Shown here piece by piece: positions 37,460 to 48,289 of a DNA stretch of 64,000 bases. The notes beneath the pieces are model-generated. The model did no database searches, was not told the origin of the DNA, and was given only the letters and a program-made list of their open reading frames with translations. A program made the position numbers and the translations under genes. The DNA is from Candidatus Puniceispirillum sp. (GTDB lineage: Bacteria > Pseudomonadota > Alphaproteobacteria > Puniceispirillales > Puniceispirillaceae). The stretch is taken from the NCBI GenBank assembly GCA_028382965.1, contig JAOEUK010000006.1:15527-79526 (forward strand). Reading direction: 5' to 3'. Numbering within the stretch: position 1 is the first letter of the stretch; each line of letters opens with the position of its first letter.

Positions 37460-38143
37460 ATGATGATTTTGGAATTTTTGCACTGTGTGCGGAAGGTTAT
37501 ACGATTTGTTTTTTGCGGTGCTGCTATTGGTTTGTTTTATGTGATCATCGGCACAACGACAATTCAGCCAGCATTTGCTGAACAGCCACCTGTTCTTTTG
37601 GTGCTCGGTGACTCTCTTGTTGCAGGACATGGGTTGCCGCAGGGCATGGCTTTTCCTGATGTCCTTGATCAAATGCTTAAGCAAGTTGGAGTAGATGTGC
37701 GGATGATTAATGCAGGCGTTTCGGGAGACACCACAGCTGGTGGCCTTGCCCGCGTTGATTGGTCGCTTGCTGACAATCCCAATGCAGTGATAATAGTCCT
37801 TGGGGGCAATGATCTGCTGCGGGGACTAGACCCTGCAACCAGTTATTCAAATCTTGATAAGATTATTGACCGATTTAAGGCTGGTAATGTTGGGGTTCTT
37901 CTTGCTGGAATGCAGGCGCCAAGAAACTTTGGGTCAGATTATGCTGATGAGTTTGACGCAATTTATCAAGATTTGGCACAGCGACACAAAGTGCTTTTTT
38001 ACCCGTTTTTTCTTGATGGTGTTGCTTTACAGCCAACTATGAATCAGCCTGACGGGATGCATCCAAACAAGGATGGTGTCAAGCACATTGCAGCGCAAAT
38101 TTTACCGTTTGTAAGATCTCTGTTAACAAAGATAGCACAATAG
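37460..38143 (+). CDS. tesA: SGNH/GDSL arylesterase-thioesterase (TesA-like), secreted
   Basis: ATG at 37460 follows AAGGGA. Signal peptide ends AFA|EQ. Block I is LGDSL, with GGND further on and a possible DGxH-type block in DGMHPN. It is divergent from ybbA. Confidence 0.8.
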   Translation: MMILEFLHCVRKVIRFVFCGAAIGLFYVIIGTTTIQPAFAEQPPVLLVLGDSLVAGHGLPQGMAFPDVLDQMLKQVGVDVRMINAGVSGDTTAGGLARVDWSLADNPNAVIIVLGGNDLLRGLDPATSYSNLDKIIDRFKAGNVGVLLAGMQAPRNFGSDYADEFDAIYQDLAQRHKVLFYPFFLDGVALQPTMNQPDGMHPNKDGVKHIAAQILPFVRSLLTKIAQ

Positions 38144-38342
38144 ATCAAAGCTTGCTCTTTTGGGCTGCAGGCCAGGCTTTTAAAAGTCTTTGCATCAAGG
38201 CGCCAGGTGTCATAAAACAAGTTATTGTGTCTCACAAGGGTTCCGGTTGGTCTTCAAGTAACTGCCCTAAACTGATGATAAGATCCAGCAGCAGTAGCTA
38301 TTTTGTTAAAGCCAACTAATAAATTGAAGGAAGAATGTATTA

Positions 38343-38864
38343 ATGTTGAAAGTCAGCAAGATAATTGGTGTTTTCATGTTTGTGACCGTAACCAGTTTTG
38401 CAGGTATGTCAGCACTTGCTGATCCGGTAGAAATGTTGATCTCAAAAAACTGGGGTGCCTATCGATACGATAATGACGTTAGTCGCACTTGTTTTAGCAG
38501 CAGTGTGCCAGTTAAGAGCGCGGGTAAGTATGATCCAAAAAACCGAGGTGATATCCGTGTTTTTGTATCGCATGGGCCAGGCAAAGCTGAGCGTAATGTC
38601 GTTCAGGTAATTGCTGGGTATCGTTACAAGCCTCAGTCTGATGTCAACCTTAATATCGATGGTAAGATTTTTAAGTTATTTACGATCGAAGATCGTGCAT
38701 ATGCGGAAAGTGAAGAAGATGACAGACGAATTATCGCTTTGATGAGGCGTGGCTCGCGAATGACTGTTATCGGAACATCAAGCCGTGGAACAAAAACCAC
38801 TGACACTTATTCTTTATCAGGGTTTACGAAGACCAAAGCTGTAATTGATAAGACCTGCAGATGA
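38343..38864 (+). CDS. invasion-associated locus B (IalB)-family periplasmic protein
   Basis: 173 aa with a signal peptide, conserved Cys near both ends, and the [16 protein letters not shown] block remembered from IalB-family proteins. Confidence 0.55.
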   Translation: MLKVSKIIGVFMFVTVTSFAGMSALADPVEMLISKNWGAYRYDNDVSRTCFSSSVPVKSAGKYDPKNRGDIRVFVSHGPGKAERNVVQVIAGYRYKPQSDVNLNIDGKIFKLFTIEDRAYAESEEDDRRIIALMRRGSRMTVIGTSSRGTKTTDTYSLSGFTKTKAVIDKTCR

Positions 38865-40006
38865 CACTTGGCTCAACCAATACAGTACTGTCCGCTACCA
38901 CATCGTCGGCAAACTTGGGTTTGATGCAAAAAACCAATCTTCTTGGGCTATCAATTAATGACCTTGAAGCTAAAATGGTTATGCTGGGTCTGCCAAAATT
39001 TCGTGCGCGGCAAGTCTGGCGCTGGGTCTGGCGGCATGGGCTTACCAACTTTGATGAAATGAGTGATCTGGGCAAGCCTGCCCGTGGGCAATTATCCAAA
39101 ATTTTTTCGGCTGATCGGCCGATGGTATCACAGCGCCTGCAATCAATTGATGGCACAATCAAGTGGCTTATTCGTTTTGACGATGGGAATGAGGCTGAAT
39201 GCGTTTATATACCTGACAAAACGCGCGGAACTTTGTGTGTCTCATCACAAGTTGGGTGTACGCTGACATGCAGCTTTTGTCATACTGGGACGCAGAAGCT
39301 TGTGCGGAATCTCACGGTTGCTGAAATTTGTGGACAAGTAACGCTGGCAATGGATGAATTGAGTGATTGGCCATCAGGCAAACCAAAGCGCCGTCTAACT
39401 AATATAGTGTTGATGGGGATGGGCGAGCCGTTATTTAATTATGATAATGTTGCAGCGGCAATGCGAATTATCATGAGTGGTGAAGGTGTGGCGATATCGA
39501 AGCGACGTATCACGTTGTCAACGTCAGGCGTTGTCCCGGAAATTAAACGGTGTGGTGAAGACTTGGGCGTTAATTTAGCGATTTCCCTTCATGCAACTCG
39601 TGATGATTTACGGAATGAACTGGTTCCCATAAATCGAAAGTACCCATTGGCAGAATTAATTGATGCATGTCGCAATTACCCGGGGCTGTCAAACGCGCGA
39701 CGTATCACGTGGGAATACGTAATGCTTGACGGGATAAATGATAGTGATGAGGACTGCCGTGCATTATTGACGTTGATTAAAGGCATCCCATCAAAACTGA
39801 ATCTGATTCCTTTTAACCCATGGCCCGGAAGCCCTTATATATGTTCATCTAATGATCGAATTGAAGCCTTTGCCAGGCGTGTTCTCAATGCGGGTTATGC
39901 TTCGCCTGTTCGCAAGCCACGGGGGCGCGATATTCTGGCTGCGTGTGGTCAATTAAAATCTGAATCACAGAGAGCGAGAAGACAAAAAACGGGAGTTTCT
40001 TTCTAA
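38861..40006 (+). CDS. rlmN: 23S rRNA/tRNA (adenine-C2)-methyltransferase RlmN (radical SAM)
   Basis: It has [11 protein letters not shown], the radical-SAM CxxxCxxC motif ([11 protein letters not shown]), and GMGEPL. The start is either 38861 (ATGA overlap) or ATG 38924. Confidence 0.9.
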   Translation: MTLGSTNTVLSATTSSANLGLMQKTNLLGLSINDLEAKMVMLGLPKFRARQVWRWVWRHGLTNFDEMSDLGKPARGQLSKIFSADRPMVSQRLQSIDGTIKWLIRFDDGNEAECVYIPDKTRGTLCVSSQVGCTLTCSFCHTGTQKLVRNLTVAEICGQVTLAMDELSDWPSGKPKRRLTNIVLMGMGEPLFNYDNVAAAMRIIMSGEGVAISKRRITLSTSGVVPEIKRCGEDLGVNLAISLHATRDDLRNELVPINRKYPLAELIDACRNYPGLSNARRITWEYVMLDGINDSDEDCRALLTLIKGIPSKLNLIPFNPWPGSPYICSSNDRIEAFARRVLNAGYASPVRKPRGRDILAACGQLKSESQRARRQKTGVSF

Positions 40007-40139
40007 AATTTCATTTATTGAAATTGGAAAAAATTACCATCAAAGAAAGCTGTCTAGCCTTGAAAATTTATGTTTTTGTGATTACATTAAATATTCATTG
40101 AAAGCCACTCGGTGGCAAGGTCATTTTGGGAGTTATAAA

Positions 40140-40883
40140 ATGCAAGACAATCGTTTTATGAACACTGCCGCAGCAACCGCTGCGCAAACTGACGTTGGAC
40201 TTCGCGCTTACATGCTTGGCGTTTACAACCACATGACTATTGCGCTGCTATTCAGCGGCCTATTTGCGTTTGGAACGAAGATGCTGGCAACTGTCGCCGG
40301 ACCTGATGGCGGCCTCTACTTAACATCATTTGGTCAATTGATCTACACAACGCCTCTGAAATGGGTGGTGATGCTTGCACCACTTGGTATGGTGTTTTGG
40401 CTTTCAGCGCGGATGAACAAGATGCCAGCTTCAAAGGCTCGCACCTTATTCTATGTTTACAGTGCTCTTATGGGGTTGTCGCTGTCGTCCATTCTTTTAA
40501 CATACAGTATGCCAAGTGTTGCACGGGCATTCTTTGTCACGGCAGGCGCCTTTGCTGCACTTAGTATTTATGGTTACACAACAAAGCGTAGTCTTTCGGC
40601 ATTGGGCTCGTTCATGATGATTGGTCTTTTTGGTCTAATAATTGCGAGCGTTGTGAATATCTTCCTGGCCTCAACGGCTATGCATTTTGTAATCTCTATT
40701 GGCGGTGTGCTGATCTTTGCCGGTTTGACTGCATACGATACGCAAGATATTAAGAATATGTATAGAGCGGGTGATAGTTCTGAAGTTGCAGCTAAAAAAT
40801 CTATTTTTGGGGCTTTGCGTCTATATCTTGATTTTATCAATATGTTTATGTTCATTTTGCATCTTTTTGGAAATCGTCAATAA
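40140..40883 (+). CDS. Bax inhibitor-1/YccA-family membrane protein
   Basis: ATG at 40140 follows GGGAG. It has seven hydrophobic helices, an N-terminal GLRAYMLGVYNHM, and a C-terminal YLDFINMF. Confidence 0.85.
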   Translation: MQDNRFMNTAAATAAQTDVGLRAYMLGVYNHMTIALLFSGLFAFGTKMLATVAGPDGGLYLTSFGQLIYTTPLKWVVMLAPLGMVFWLSARMNKMPASKARTLFYVYSALMGLSLSSILLTYSMPSVARAFFVTAGAFAALSIYGYTTKRSLSALGSFMMIGLFGLIIASVVNIFLASTAMHFVISIGGVLIFAGLTAYDTQDIKNMYRAGDSSEVAAKKSIFGALRLYLDFINMFMFILHLFGNRQ

Positions 40884-40906
40884 GCCAGAGCTAAATATGT
40901 AAATTA

Positions 40907-40947
40907 TAAAAAACGCCTGTACCGATGATGTGCAGGCGTTTTTTTTG
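40907..40947 (+). terminator. rho-independent terminator
   Basis: 9-bp stem ACGCCTGTA/TGCAGGCGT (one G-U pair), 9-nt loop, followed by T8 and preceded by an A-run. Confidence 0.8.
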
Positions 40948-41018
40948 CTAAGGTCTTAAACCTTACATAAGCTTGAGTGCTTTTACTCCATGATTTTGAA
41001 TTAAAAGAGTGCTTCCTA

Positions 41019-41975
41019 ATGTCTCATCTATCAACCACACTTGAGTCTGTTGCGTCCAGGGACCCTTTGCGCGCAGCAGCTGTCGACACAGTTAAAGCGC
41101 TTGCATTGGCAGTGGCAGATATCGCAACTTTAATCCGCTGGCCTAGTGGTGATGTTGCGCTTGGTGCGGCAAGCGGCAGTGCAAATGCGGATGGAGATAA
41201 TCAAAAGGCGCTCGACGTGCTTGCGGATGAGATGATTCAAAATGCACTGTGTAAGGTGCCATCGGTTGCGTTGTACTTATCCGAAGAACAGGATGGGGCG
41301 GTGCCGTTGCATGATAGTGGTACCATCATTGTAGCAAGTGATCCTTTGGATGGGTCATCGAATATTGATACGAATGTGTCGGTGGGAACAATTTTTTCGA
41401 TTTTGCCAGCTGTGGATGGGGCGCTGCAAGCTGGTCGTAATCAAATCGCGGCTGGTTTTTTTGTCTATGGGCCGCAAACCACATTACTGTTAACATTTGG
41501 CGAGAGCATCATGGCATTTCAGCTTGATAATGATGGTCAGTTCTATGACATGGACTGGCAGGTAAGGATTGAACCAAAAACGGATGAATTTGCCATTAAT
41601 GCGTCTAACATGAGGCAATGGCAATCAGATGTCGCGGCTTATATCGCTGATTGCCTTGCCGGGACAAATGGACCGCGAAGAAGAAATTTTAATATGCGCT
41701 GGGTTGGCTCGCTCGTTGCTGACGCATGGCGCATTTTCCGGCGGGGAGGAATTTTTCTGTATCCAGCTGATGCGCGTTCGGGATATGGGGCCGGACGCTT
41801 GCGGCTTGTTTACGAGGCTAATCCAGTTGCTTTTCTCGTCGAGGCAGCTGGCGGCAAGGCAGTTGATGGAAACGGACCCATCCTTGATATTCTTCCAGAA
41901 AGTCTCCACGCACGAGTACCTTTTATTTTCGGGTCTGCCAATGAAGTTGACGAATTTATGCGTTATAGGCCATAA
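41019..41975 (+). CDS. fbp: class 1 fructose-1,6-bisphosphatase
   Basis: It has DPLDGSSNID, YGPQTTLL and the C-terminal FGSANEV. ATG at 41019; the track start at 40977 is a GTG. Confidence 0.9.
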   Translation: MSHLSTTLESVASRDPLRAAAVDTVKALALAVADIATLIRWPSGDVALGAASGSANADGDNQKALDVLADEMIQNALCKVPSVALYLSEEQDGAVPLHDSGTIIVASDPLDGSSNIDTNVSVGTIFSILPAVDGALQAGRNQIAAGFFVYGPQTTLLLTFGESIMAFQLDNDGQFYDMDWQVRIEPKTDEFAINASNMRQWQSDVAAYIADCLAGTNGPRRRNFNMRWVGSLVADAWRIFRRGGIFLYPADARSGYGAGRLRLVYEANPVAFLVEAAGGKAVDGNGPILDILPESLHARVPFIFGSANEVDEFMRYRP

Positions 41976-42001
41976 TTAAAATGTAATTAAGTCCTTCTCG
42001 A

Positions 42002-43075
42002 ATGGAAAAAAAAATGCTTATTTCGCTTCGCCAACTTCTTGATGATGCTGCTGAACAAGGTTATGGCGTGCCAGCTTTTAACATCAATAATATGGAGCAG
42101 GGTCTGGCTATCTTAAAAGCTGCTGACCGTGTTGATGCACCTGTTATCATTCAGGCGAGCCGTGGGGCTCGAAATTATGCTGGTGATATGATGCTGCAGG
42201 CGATGGTTAAAGCACTGGCTGAAATGTACCCGCATATTCCAGTTTGCATGCATCAGGATCATGGTAATAATGAAGCAACCTGTATGACGGCAATCCAGTA
42301 TGGTTTTACTTCGGTGATGATGGATGGCTCGCTTGAAGCAGATGCAGCAACACCTGCATCATATGACTATAATCTGGACATTACCCGACGAGTTACCGAA
42401 ATGGCGCATCATGCCGGTGTTTCTGTAGAAGGTGAACTTGGTGTGCTTGGTTCGCTTGAAACTGGTGGAGGTGAGCAGGAGGATGGTCATGGGGCTGCTG
42501 GCAAGCTTTCTGAGGATCAGCTTTTGACCGATCCTGATCAGGCAGTTGATTTTGTTAAGGACACCAAAGTGGATGCGCTGGCTATTGCGATGGGTACAAG
42601 CCATGGCGCATATAAATTCACACGTAAACCTGACGGCGACATTTTGGCAATGACGGTGGTTGAGGAAATCAATAGTCGTTTACCCAACACTCATCTTGTT
42701 ATGCATGGGTCTTCAAGTGTACCACAGGAATTGCAGGATGTTTTCAACGCTCATGGTGGAGAAATGCCGCAAACATGGGGGGTGCCTCTTGAAGAAATTG
42801 AGCGCGGTATCAAGCATGGCGTGCGAAAGGTGAATATTGATACTGATTGCCGTCTTGCCATGCTTGGTATTATCCGCAAAATTGCAAATGAAAATAAAGC
42901 TGAGTTTGATCCACGGAAATTTCTGAAGCCGGCAATGGATGCAATGGAAGTTCTGTGTGCGGATCGTTTTGAACGGTTTGGAACTGCTGGAAATGCTTCG
43001 CGTATTAAGCCAGCTTCGTTGTCTGCAATGGCAGTTCGCTATGCGAGTGGGGCGCTTGATCCGTCAATTAGTTAG
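42002..43075 (+). CDS. fba: class II fructose-bisphosphate aldolase (Calvin-cycle/CbbA subtype length)
   Basis: 357 aa with [37 protein letters not shown] and GTSHGAYKF. An alternative ATG is at 42014. Confidence 0.9.
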   Translation: MEKKMLISLRQLLDDAAEQGYGVPAFNINNMEQGLAILKAADRVDAPVIIQASRGARNYAGDMMLQAMVKALAEMYPHIPVCMHQDHGNNEATCMTAIQYGFTSVMMDGSLEADAATPASYDYNLDITRRVTEMAHHAGVSVEGELGVLGSLETGGGEQEDGHGAAGKLSEDQLLTDPDQAVDFVKDTKVDALAIAMGTSHGAYKFTRKPDGDILAMTVVEEINSRLPNTHLVMHGSSSVPQELQDVFNAHGGEMPQTWGVPLEEIERGIKHGVRKVNIDTDCRLAMLGIIRKIANENKAEFDPRKFLKPAMDAMEVLCADRFERFGTAGNASRIKPASLSAMAVRYASGALDPSIS

Positions 43076-43923
43076 TGTTCTTTTGCTAAGATTGCGGCAA
43101 GTCCTGTCTCATAGTTGGGATACATGAGATCAAGTCCCAGTTCGGGCTTGATAACGTGTGAGCCAACCCGCCGCCGTGAGACGTAAAAACTTTCTGCCAT
43201 TGCTGATAGTTTAGCATCTTCCAACTTTAGAGGGTTTGGTGGCGTAACGCCAATAAGGCTCGCCGCATATCGAACTACATCACCCTGCGGAGCTGGTTTT
43301 TGATCTGCCATATTGATAATTCGTCCGGGACGTGGTTGTTCGATGGCGGTGGTTATAATCTGGCAAATATCAGCAACGTGAATGCGGTTAAATACTTGTC
43401 CTTCTTGTTCGATAATGCGCGCAGTGCCATTCCTCAATGCATCAAATGGACTACGGCCCGGACCGTAAATACCCGCTGCACGGAAAATTTCTGCGCTAAA
43501 TTGGCTTTGCCACCTGGCTTCAGCAACAATACGTGCCCTGCCGCGCGCGGTTGCTGGGGCGACAGGTGTATCCTCATAACAGATGCCATTTGGCATATCA
43601 GGATAAACAGATGTCGCGGATACATAACCAGCCCAGCCAGAAAACGCTGCCAGATCCTGGGCATGCGCATCAAGTACTGGATCGCTGCCATCAATCGCAG
43701 TTATGGTGCTAATTAACACGTCAACACCCTCAAAAGCTCTTTTAGGGTTGGTAAGAGGCCTTTCTGTTTCGAAGGGCAAAATTTTCCAGTTCTGAATGTT
43801 TTTTCTACTAAGCTTTGATGGAGTGCGGGTTGTGCCACGAATCCGCCAGCCTTTTTTTTCCAATGCACGTGCCAAGGGTACACCAACATACCCAAGGCCA
43901 AAAATGAACGCTGTTTTCATCAT
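43072..43923 (-). CDS. NAD-dependent epimerase/SDR-family oxidoreductase
   Basis: The start (ATGATG at 43923/43920) follows AAGGAC. It has a Rossmann N-terminus ([13 protein letters not shown]). The substrate is unknown. The track ORF extends to 43974. Confidence 0.6.
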   Translation of the reverse strand: MMKTAFIFGLGYVGVPLARALEKKGWRIRGTTRTPSKLSRKNIQNWKILPFETERPLTNPKRAFEGVDVLISTITAIDGSDPVLDAHAQDLAAFSGWAGYVSATSVYPDMPNGICYEDTPVAPATARGRARIVAEARWQSQFSAEIFRAAGIYGPGRSPFDALRNGTARIIEQEGQVFNRIHVADICQIITTAIEQPRPGRIINMADQKPAPQGDVVRYAASLIGVTPPNPLKLEDAKLSAMAESFYVSRRRVGSHVIKPELGLDLMYPNYETGLAAILAKEH

Positions 43924-43936
43924 AATGTCCTTATAG

Positions 43937-44806
43937 CTATTGTGGTTGCATTGTCCCAACCAGCAAGCCCGCATCTATACGCCGCCCTTTCCAGTCTATT
44001 CGCCAATCAAGATGTGGACCGGTCGCACGACCTGTAGCGCCAATTGTGCCAATAAGGGCGCCGCGCTCAACAAACATACCTTCATTTACTTTTGCTTGGT
44101 CAAGATGTAAAAAGCTGGAATTCACGCCCAGCCCATGTGTCATTATGATTGTCCAGCCAGAAAAATAGAGGTCTTTAACAAGAGTGATAAAACCGTTTGC
44201 TGGGGCATAAACTGGTGTGCCGCGTGGGCCTGCAATATCAATCCCGTAATGCGGCTGGCGAGGCTTACCATTTAAAATTCGTTGGCTACCATAAACGCCC
44301 GAAATGGATCCACGGGCTGGCCAGTCAAAACCTTCCCAAAAATCACCAAGTGGGCCATAAATTTTTCGAGCGGCCTTTACTAATCTTCTATCGGCTTTGA
44401 TGCGGGCTAGAACAGCTTTGGGTGGTGTCACCATTGCTGATTTAAGTCCATTTATTCGCTGAATTTTGTAGTTTCGTTGGTCTGGGACAAGTATCGTGTT
44501 CATACTCTGTCCTTCCGGCGTTGTGATGGTTAGTGTTAGTGGTTTGTCAGAATCACGATGAAAGCCAACAACGAAAATACCGTTTTCAGCAATGCTAACT
44601 GTTTCGTTTGCTAGCATTATATGATTTTCCGGATCAGTGTGTGCGATAATTAACCCACCCTCAATCGTTTGGCCTGACAAGATTTTTGCACCATTAATTT
44701 GTTGGGCCTGCGCCGATCCAGCCATAACAAAAAACAGAGTTAAGGCAACACCAAGACTTGTACGAAATAAATACATATAAGAAGCTGTTAGACTATGAAA
44801 TTTCAT
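43937..44806 (-). CDS. M23-family metallopeptidase
   Basis: 289 aa with a signal peptide and the M23 motifs HYGIDIAG and GPHLDWRI. Confidence 0.8.
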   Translation of the reverse strand: MKFHSLTASYMYLFRTSLGVALTLFFVMAGSAQAQQINGAKILSGQTIEGGLIIAHTDPENHIMLANETVSIAENGIFVVGFHRDSDKPLTLTITTPEGQSMNTILVPDQRNYKIQRINGLKSAMVTPPKAVLARIKADRRLVKAARKIYGPLGDFWEGFDWPARGSISGVYGSQRILNGKPRQPHYGIDIAGPRGTPVYAPANGFITLVKDLYFSGWTIIMTHGLGVNSSFLHLDQAKVNEGMFVERGALIGTIGATGRATGPHLDWRIDWKGRRIDAGLLVGTMQPQ

Positions 44807-44925
44807 GTAGCAAGTTTAACATGATGTTGTAAAAATGACACTTGAAAACACAAGCTGTTGAGTGTAACTCCTTCGTAGTTCGATTGATCAAGCAATAATC
44901 TCAATGACAAAAAAGTAGTAAGCCA

Positions 44926-45888
44926 ATGAATGAAAAAGCTATTTCTCCTTCTAGCGAAGCCCTTCATGAAAAAGTGGTTGTTATTGGAGCTGGTGCCGCT
45001 GGATTGACAGCGGGCATCTATACGGCCCGTGCCAATTTATCGCCAGTTATTATAGCTGGGTTACAGCCTGGTGGCCAAATGACAATCACTACTGATGTTG
45101 AAAATTACCCAGGCTTTGCAGAAGTTATCCAAGGACCCTGGCTGATGACTGAAATGCAGGGTCAGGCCGAAAATGTTGGGGCGCGTATAATCTATGATAT
45201 TGTTACCAGTATTGACTCCACAGTGCGGCCCTTTTGTCTGACACTCGACTCTGGTAAACTTATGACGGCTGATTCAGTGATCTTGGCGACTGGGGCTCAG
45301 GCACGCTGGCTGGGGCTAGAATCAGAGACTGCCTATAATGGTCGGGGTGTTTCAGCCTGTGCAACTTGTGATGGATTTTTTTATAAGGACCGAGATGTCG
45401 CGGTCATTGGTGGGGGGAACACGGCAGTTGAAGAAGCACTGTACCTTGCCAATATTTGTCGATCAGTGACGTTGGTTCATCGTCGTGACTCGCTCCGTGC
45501 AGAGCAGATTATGCAGGATCGTCTATTGAAAAAAAATAATATTATTGTTGAATGGAACTGGTCAGTTGACGAAGTTCTTGGTGATGATTCGGGGGTCACC
45601 GGATTGCGGCTGGCTTCAACAATTGGTAATGATGATAAATCCATTTCTGTTCACGGAATGTTTGTTGCAATTGGTCATGACCCTGCAACCACTGCTTTTG
45701 CCGGTGCAGTGGCTCTTGATGATGAAGGTTATATCCTTGCCGAGGCTGGTGAAACCCGCACTTCGGTTGATGGTATTTTTGCCGCTGGTGATTGTGTAGA
45801 TAAAATCTATAGGCAAGCTGTTACAGCGGCGGGCATGGGCTGTATGGCTGCCCTCGATGTTGAAAGATGGCTTGGTGAACAGGAGTAG
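44926..45888 (+). CDS. trxB: thioredoxin-disulfide reductase
   Basis: 320 aa with VIGAGAAGLTAG, the redox CATCDG motif, and GGGNTAVEEA. Confidence 0.9.
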   Translation: MNEKAISPSSEALHEKVVVIGAGAAGLTAGIYTARANLSPVIIAGLQPGGQMTITTDVENYPGFAEVIQGPWLMTEMQGQAENVGARIIYDIVTSIDSTVRPFCLTLDSGKLMTADSVILATGAQARWLGLESETAYNGRGVSACATCDGFFYKDRDVAVIGGGNTAVEEALYLANICRSVTLVHRRDSLRAEQIMQDRLLKKNNIIVEWNWSVDEVLGDDSGVTGLRLASTIGNDDKSISVHGMFVAIGHDPATTAFAGAVALDDEGYILAEAGETRTSVDGIFAAGDCVDKIYRQAVTAAGMGCMAALDVERWLGEQE

Positions 45889-45967
45889 TTGGGACCTGGT
45901 TAACGTAAGTTAATCAAATAAAAAACATCTAAAAAGCTGAGGAATTTGGGCTTAATTATGCTAGAGT

Positions 45968-47182
45968 TTAAATAATGAGCTTTGGTTCGCGTATAGCCCA
46001 ATTGACAAAAAAGGCAAAAATTCCTGCCGTGGCATTTAGCCACCACATAGCATCGTAATTGCCGTACCAGTCATACCAAGCACCTCCAAGCCAAGCGCCA
46101 ACAAATGACCCTAGTTGATGTGATAGGAATACTAACCCATACAACATGCTTAAATGGTGCGGGCCAAAAAATGCTATAATTAGGCCACTGGTTAATGGGA
46201 TGGTGCCAAGCCATAAAAGTCCCATTGCAGCGCCAAATAGTAGCGCTACTGTAGGGCTTGCTGGCAAGCTAACAAAACCAGCGATAATAAGGCCGCGCAG
46301 TAGGTAGACAACGGCCAGGGTTTTCTTTTTTGACAGGAATCCTCCAAGCCAGCCACAAACCAAAGCGCCAATAATATTAAATAGCCCAATCAATGCCAAT
46401 GACCAGCTCGCAATATCAAGGCTTACGCCAGATTCACGAAGATAGGCTGGAAGATGAGTGGTAATAAAAACTAGCTGCAAACCACAGACAAAAAAACCTA
46501 CACTTAACAAAATATAATTACGGCTGGTAGTGGCTTCGCGAAGGGCGCTGGCAGCTGTTTGAATGGCGCCTTCAATTGGCTGAGCATCGCGAGTTGGAAC
46601 GCGCATGCCAAGTGAAAAAGTGATCATTGATGCAACAATTGCAGAAAGTATAACCAAGGCAAATTGCCAGCCATGCTCGCTCATCATGATCTGGGACATC
46701 GGTACAAGCGCAAATTGGCCAAATGACCCGAAGCTTGTGACTAACCCCATTGCTAGCGAACGTTTTTTTGGCGGGGCTGCGCGCGCAACTACTCCAATGG
46801 CGATTGATATGCCTGCGCTACCAAGTCCAATTCCAATAAGAATTTGTCCTAAAAATATTCCAGTTTCATTTACCATGAAAGCCATGATTAAGAGGCCAGT
46901 TGCATAAACTAACGTGCCAAAACCAGCAACACGCCATGCACCATATCTGTCAGCAAGAGCACCAAAAAAAGGTGAGGATATCCCCCATATTAAATTCTGC
47001 ACAGCGATAGCCAGTGAAAATAGCTGTAAGCCGCTGTCAAGTTCGATTGATATTGGCATAAGGAAGAGGCCAAAAACCTGCCGGACCCCAAATGTTACAG
47101 ACACCAAAGCGGAGGCTGATAATAATATGATAATCCAACGAGATTTATGGGCAGAATCAAGCATATATAGTTTTTTCATCAT
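45968..47182 (-). CDS. MFS transporter
   Basis: 404 aa with about 12 hydrophobic helices and GALADRYG in loop 2-3. Confidence 0.8.
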   Translation of the reverse strand: MMKKLYMLDSAHKSRWIIILLSASALVSVTFGVRQVFGLFLMPISIELDSGLQLFSLAIAVQNLIWGISSPFFGALADRYGAWRVAGFGTLVYATGLLIMAFMVNETGIFLGQILIGIGLGSAGISIAIGVVARAAPPKKRSLAMGLVTSFGSFGQFALVPMSQIMMSEHGWQFALVILSAIVASMITFSLGMRVPTRDAQPIEGAIQTAASALREATTSRNYILLSVGFFVCGLQLVFITTHLPAYLRESGVSLDIASWSLALIGLFNIIGALVCGWLGGFLSKKKTLAVVYLLRGLIIAGFVSLPASPTVALLFGAAMGLLWLGTIPLTSGLIIAFFGPHHLSMLYGLVFLSHQLGSFVGAWLGGAWYDWYGNYDAMWWLNATAGIFAFFVNWAIREPKLII

Positions 47183-47233
47183 TAGTTTCAGGGCTTGATA
47201 TTATTATTTTTTGCTAATTCAAAACAACATTAG

Positions 47234-47247
47234 AAATCGTACGATTT
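47234..47247. promoter_or_regulatory. perfect 14-bp palindrome AAATCGTACGATTT upstream of the MFS gene
   Basis: Read directly from the sequence. It lies 52-65 bp upstream of the MFS start codon (47182, minus strand). An operator role is inferred only. Confidence 0.3.
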
Positions 47248-47341
47248 GTAACAACTGCTAACCTTTGGGAAGCCAACGTCGTTAGTTGTGATATTTTTAA
47301 AAAGGCAAAAAGTTGGTTCAAGTCTTAGATAAAAAATTTGA

Positions 47342-48247
47342 TTATAAAACGCTATTCAAAATTGCTTTATTCTGGTCAATGGTAGCTGTGATTGCGCTCC
47401 GCCAATCAGTAAGCGTATTAGCTTTGACGGTGGTCTCTGAAAAAATTAGTGCACGGGTGCTGTTGACTAGCCCGCCCTCCCAGCCATGTTGGCCGCGGAC
47501 AAGCCCGCTTGTTGCTTTTTCTGGTCCTGCGCCTTGTGCTCCAAAACCGGGAACAAGAAAGGGGGCACTAGGCAGCGCTTTGCGTAAATCGAACGCTTCT
47601 TGTGGCCATGTTGCGCCAGCCACAATACCAAGTGCTGAAGTGCCAGTCTTACCATTTCGTGCTGCGACAAGTGGAGCAAGTAAAGTTGCAAGGTGTTTAT
47701 AAAGTTTCTGACCATTTACCATTTGGTCTTGAAGATCGCTGGCACCCGGGTTGCTTGTTCGGTTTAAGACAAATAGACCACTGCCTGTTGCATCAGCGCG
47801 TTCTAAAAATGGGAAGAGAGTATCTATACCAAGCCAAGGGTTGATTGTTAGCGCATCACTTGGGAAGGGTGCACTGTGGCCAATCCATCCTGCTGCATAG
47901 GCGGCTGAGGTACTGCCTATGTCTCCACGTTTTGCATCCATGACTACTAGAAGGCCGGCATCTATGGCGGCACGTCCAAGATTTTGCAAGATTTTCATTC
48001 CCGCTGGGCCATGCTGCTCAAAAAAAGCTGACTGCGGTTTGATTGCAGCAACTTTTCCAATAGCTTGATCAAGGCAGGCCATTGAAAAATCGTTAATTGC
48101 CTGGACTGTGGCGTCACTGTCAAAGGTTAATGATTTTAATCCAAATAATTTTGGAATCATATTTAAATGCGGGTCTATGCCCATGCAGAGTGGGGTTCCA
48201 CTTTGGCGGTTTGCTTCAACCAGTCGGTCACCAAAATGGTTTATCAA
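47342..48247 (-). CDS. pyrF: orotidine-5'-phosphate decarboxylase, type 2
   Basis: 301 aa with LCMGIDPH and VVMDAKRGDIGST, characteristic of the long type 2 PyrF. Confidence 0.85.
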   Translation of the reverse strand: MINHFGDRLVEANRQSGTPLCMGIDPHLNMIPKLFGLKSLTFDSDATVQAINDFSMACLDQAIGKVAAIKPQSAFFEQHGPAGMKILQNLGRAAIDAGLLVVMDAKRGDIGSTSAAYAAGWIGHSAPFPSDALTINPWLGIDTLFPFLERADATGSGLFVLNRTSNPGASDLQDQMVNGQKLYKHLATLLAPLVAARNGKTGTSALGIVAGATWPQEAFDLRKALPSAPFLVPGFGAQGAGPEKATSGLVRGQHGWEGGLVNSTRALIFSETTVKANTLTDWRSAITATIDQNKAILNSVL

Positions 48248-48289
48248 ATCATGCTCCAGCTCGCGTTACAGGTTGCATTTTGAACGCAG

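Noticed and set aside
37316-37684. 122-aa minus-strand ORF spanning the ybbA-tesA divergent region
   Set aside because: It overlaps the TesA signal-peptide coding region and the promoter spacer, and has no recognisable domain. The conserved tesA/ybbA layout explains the region.
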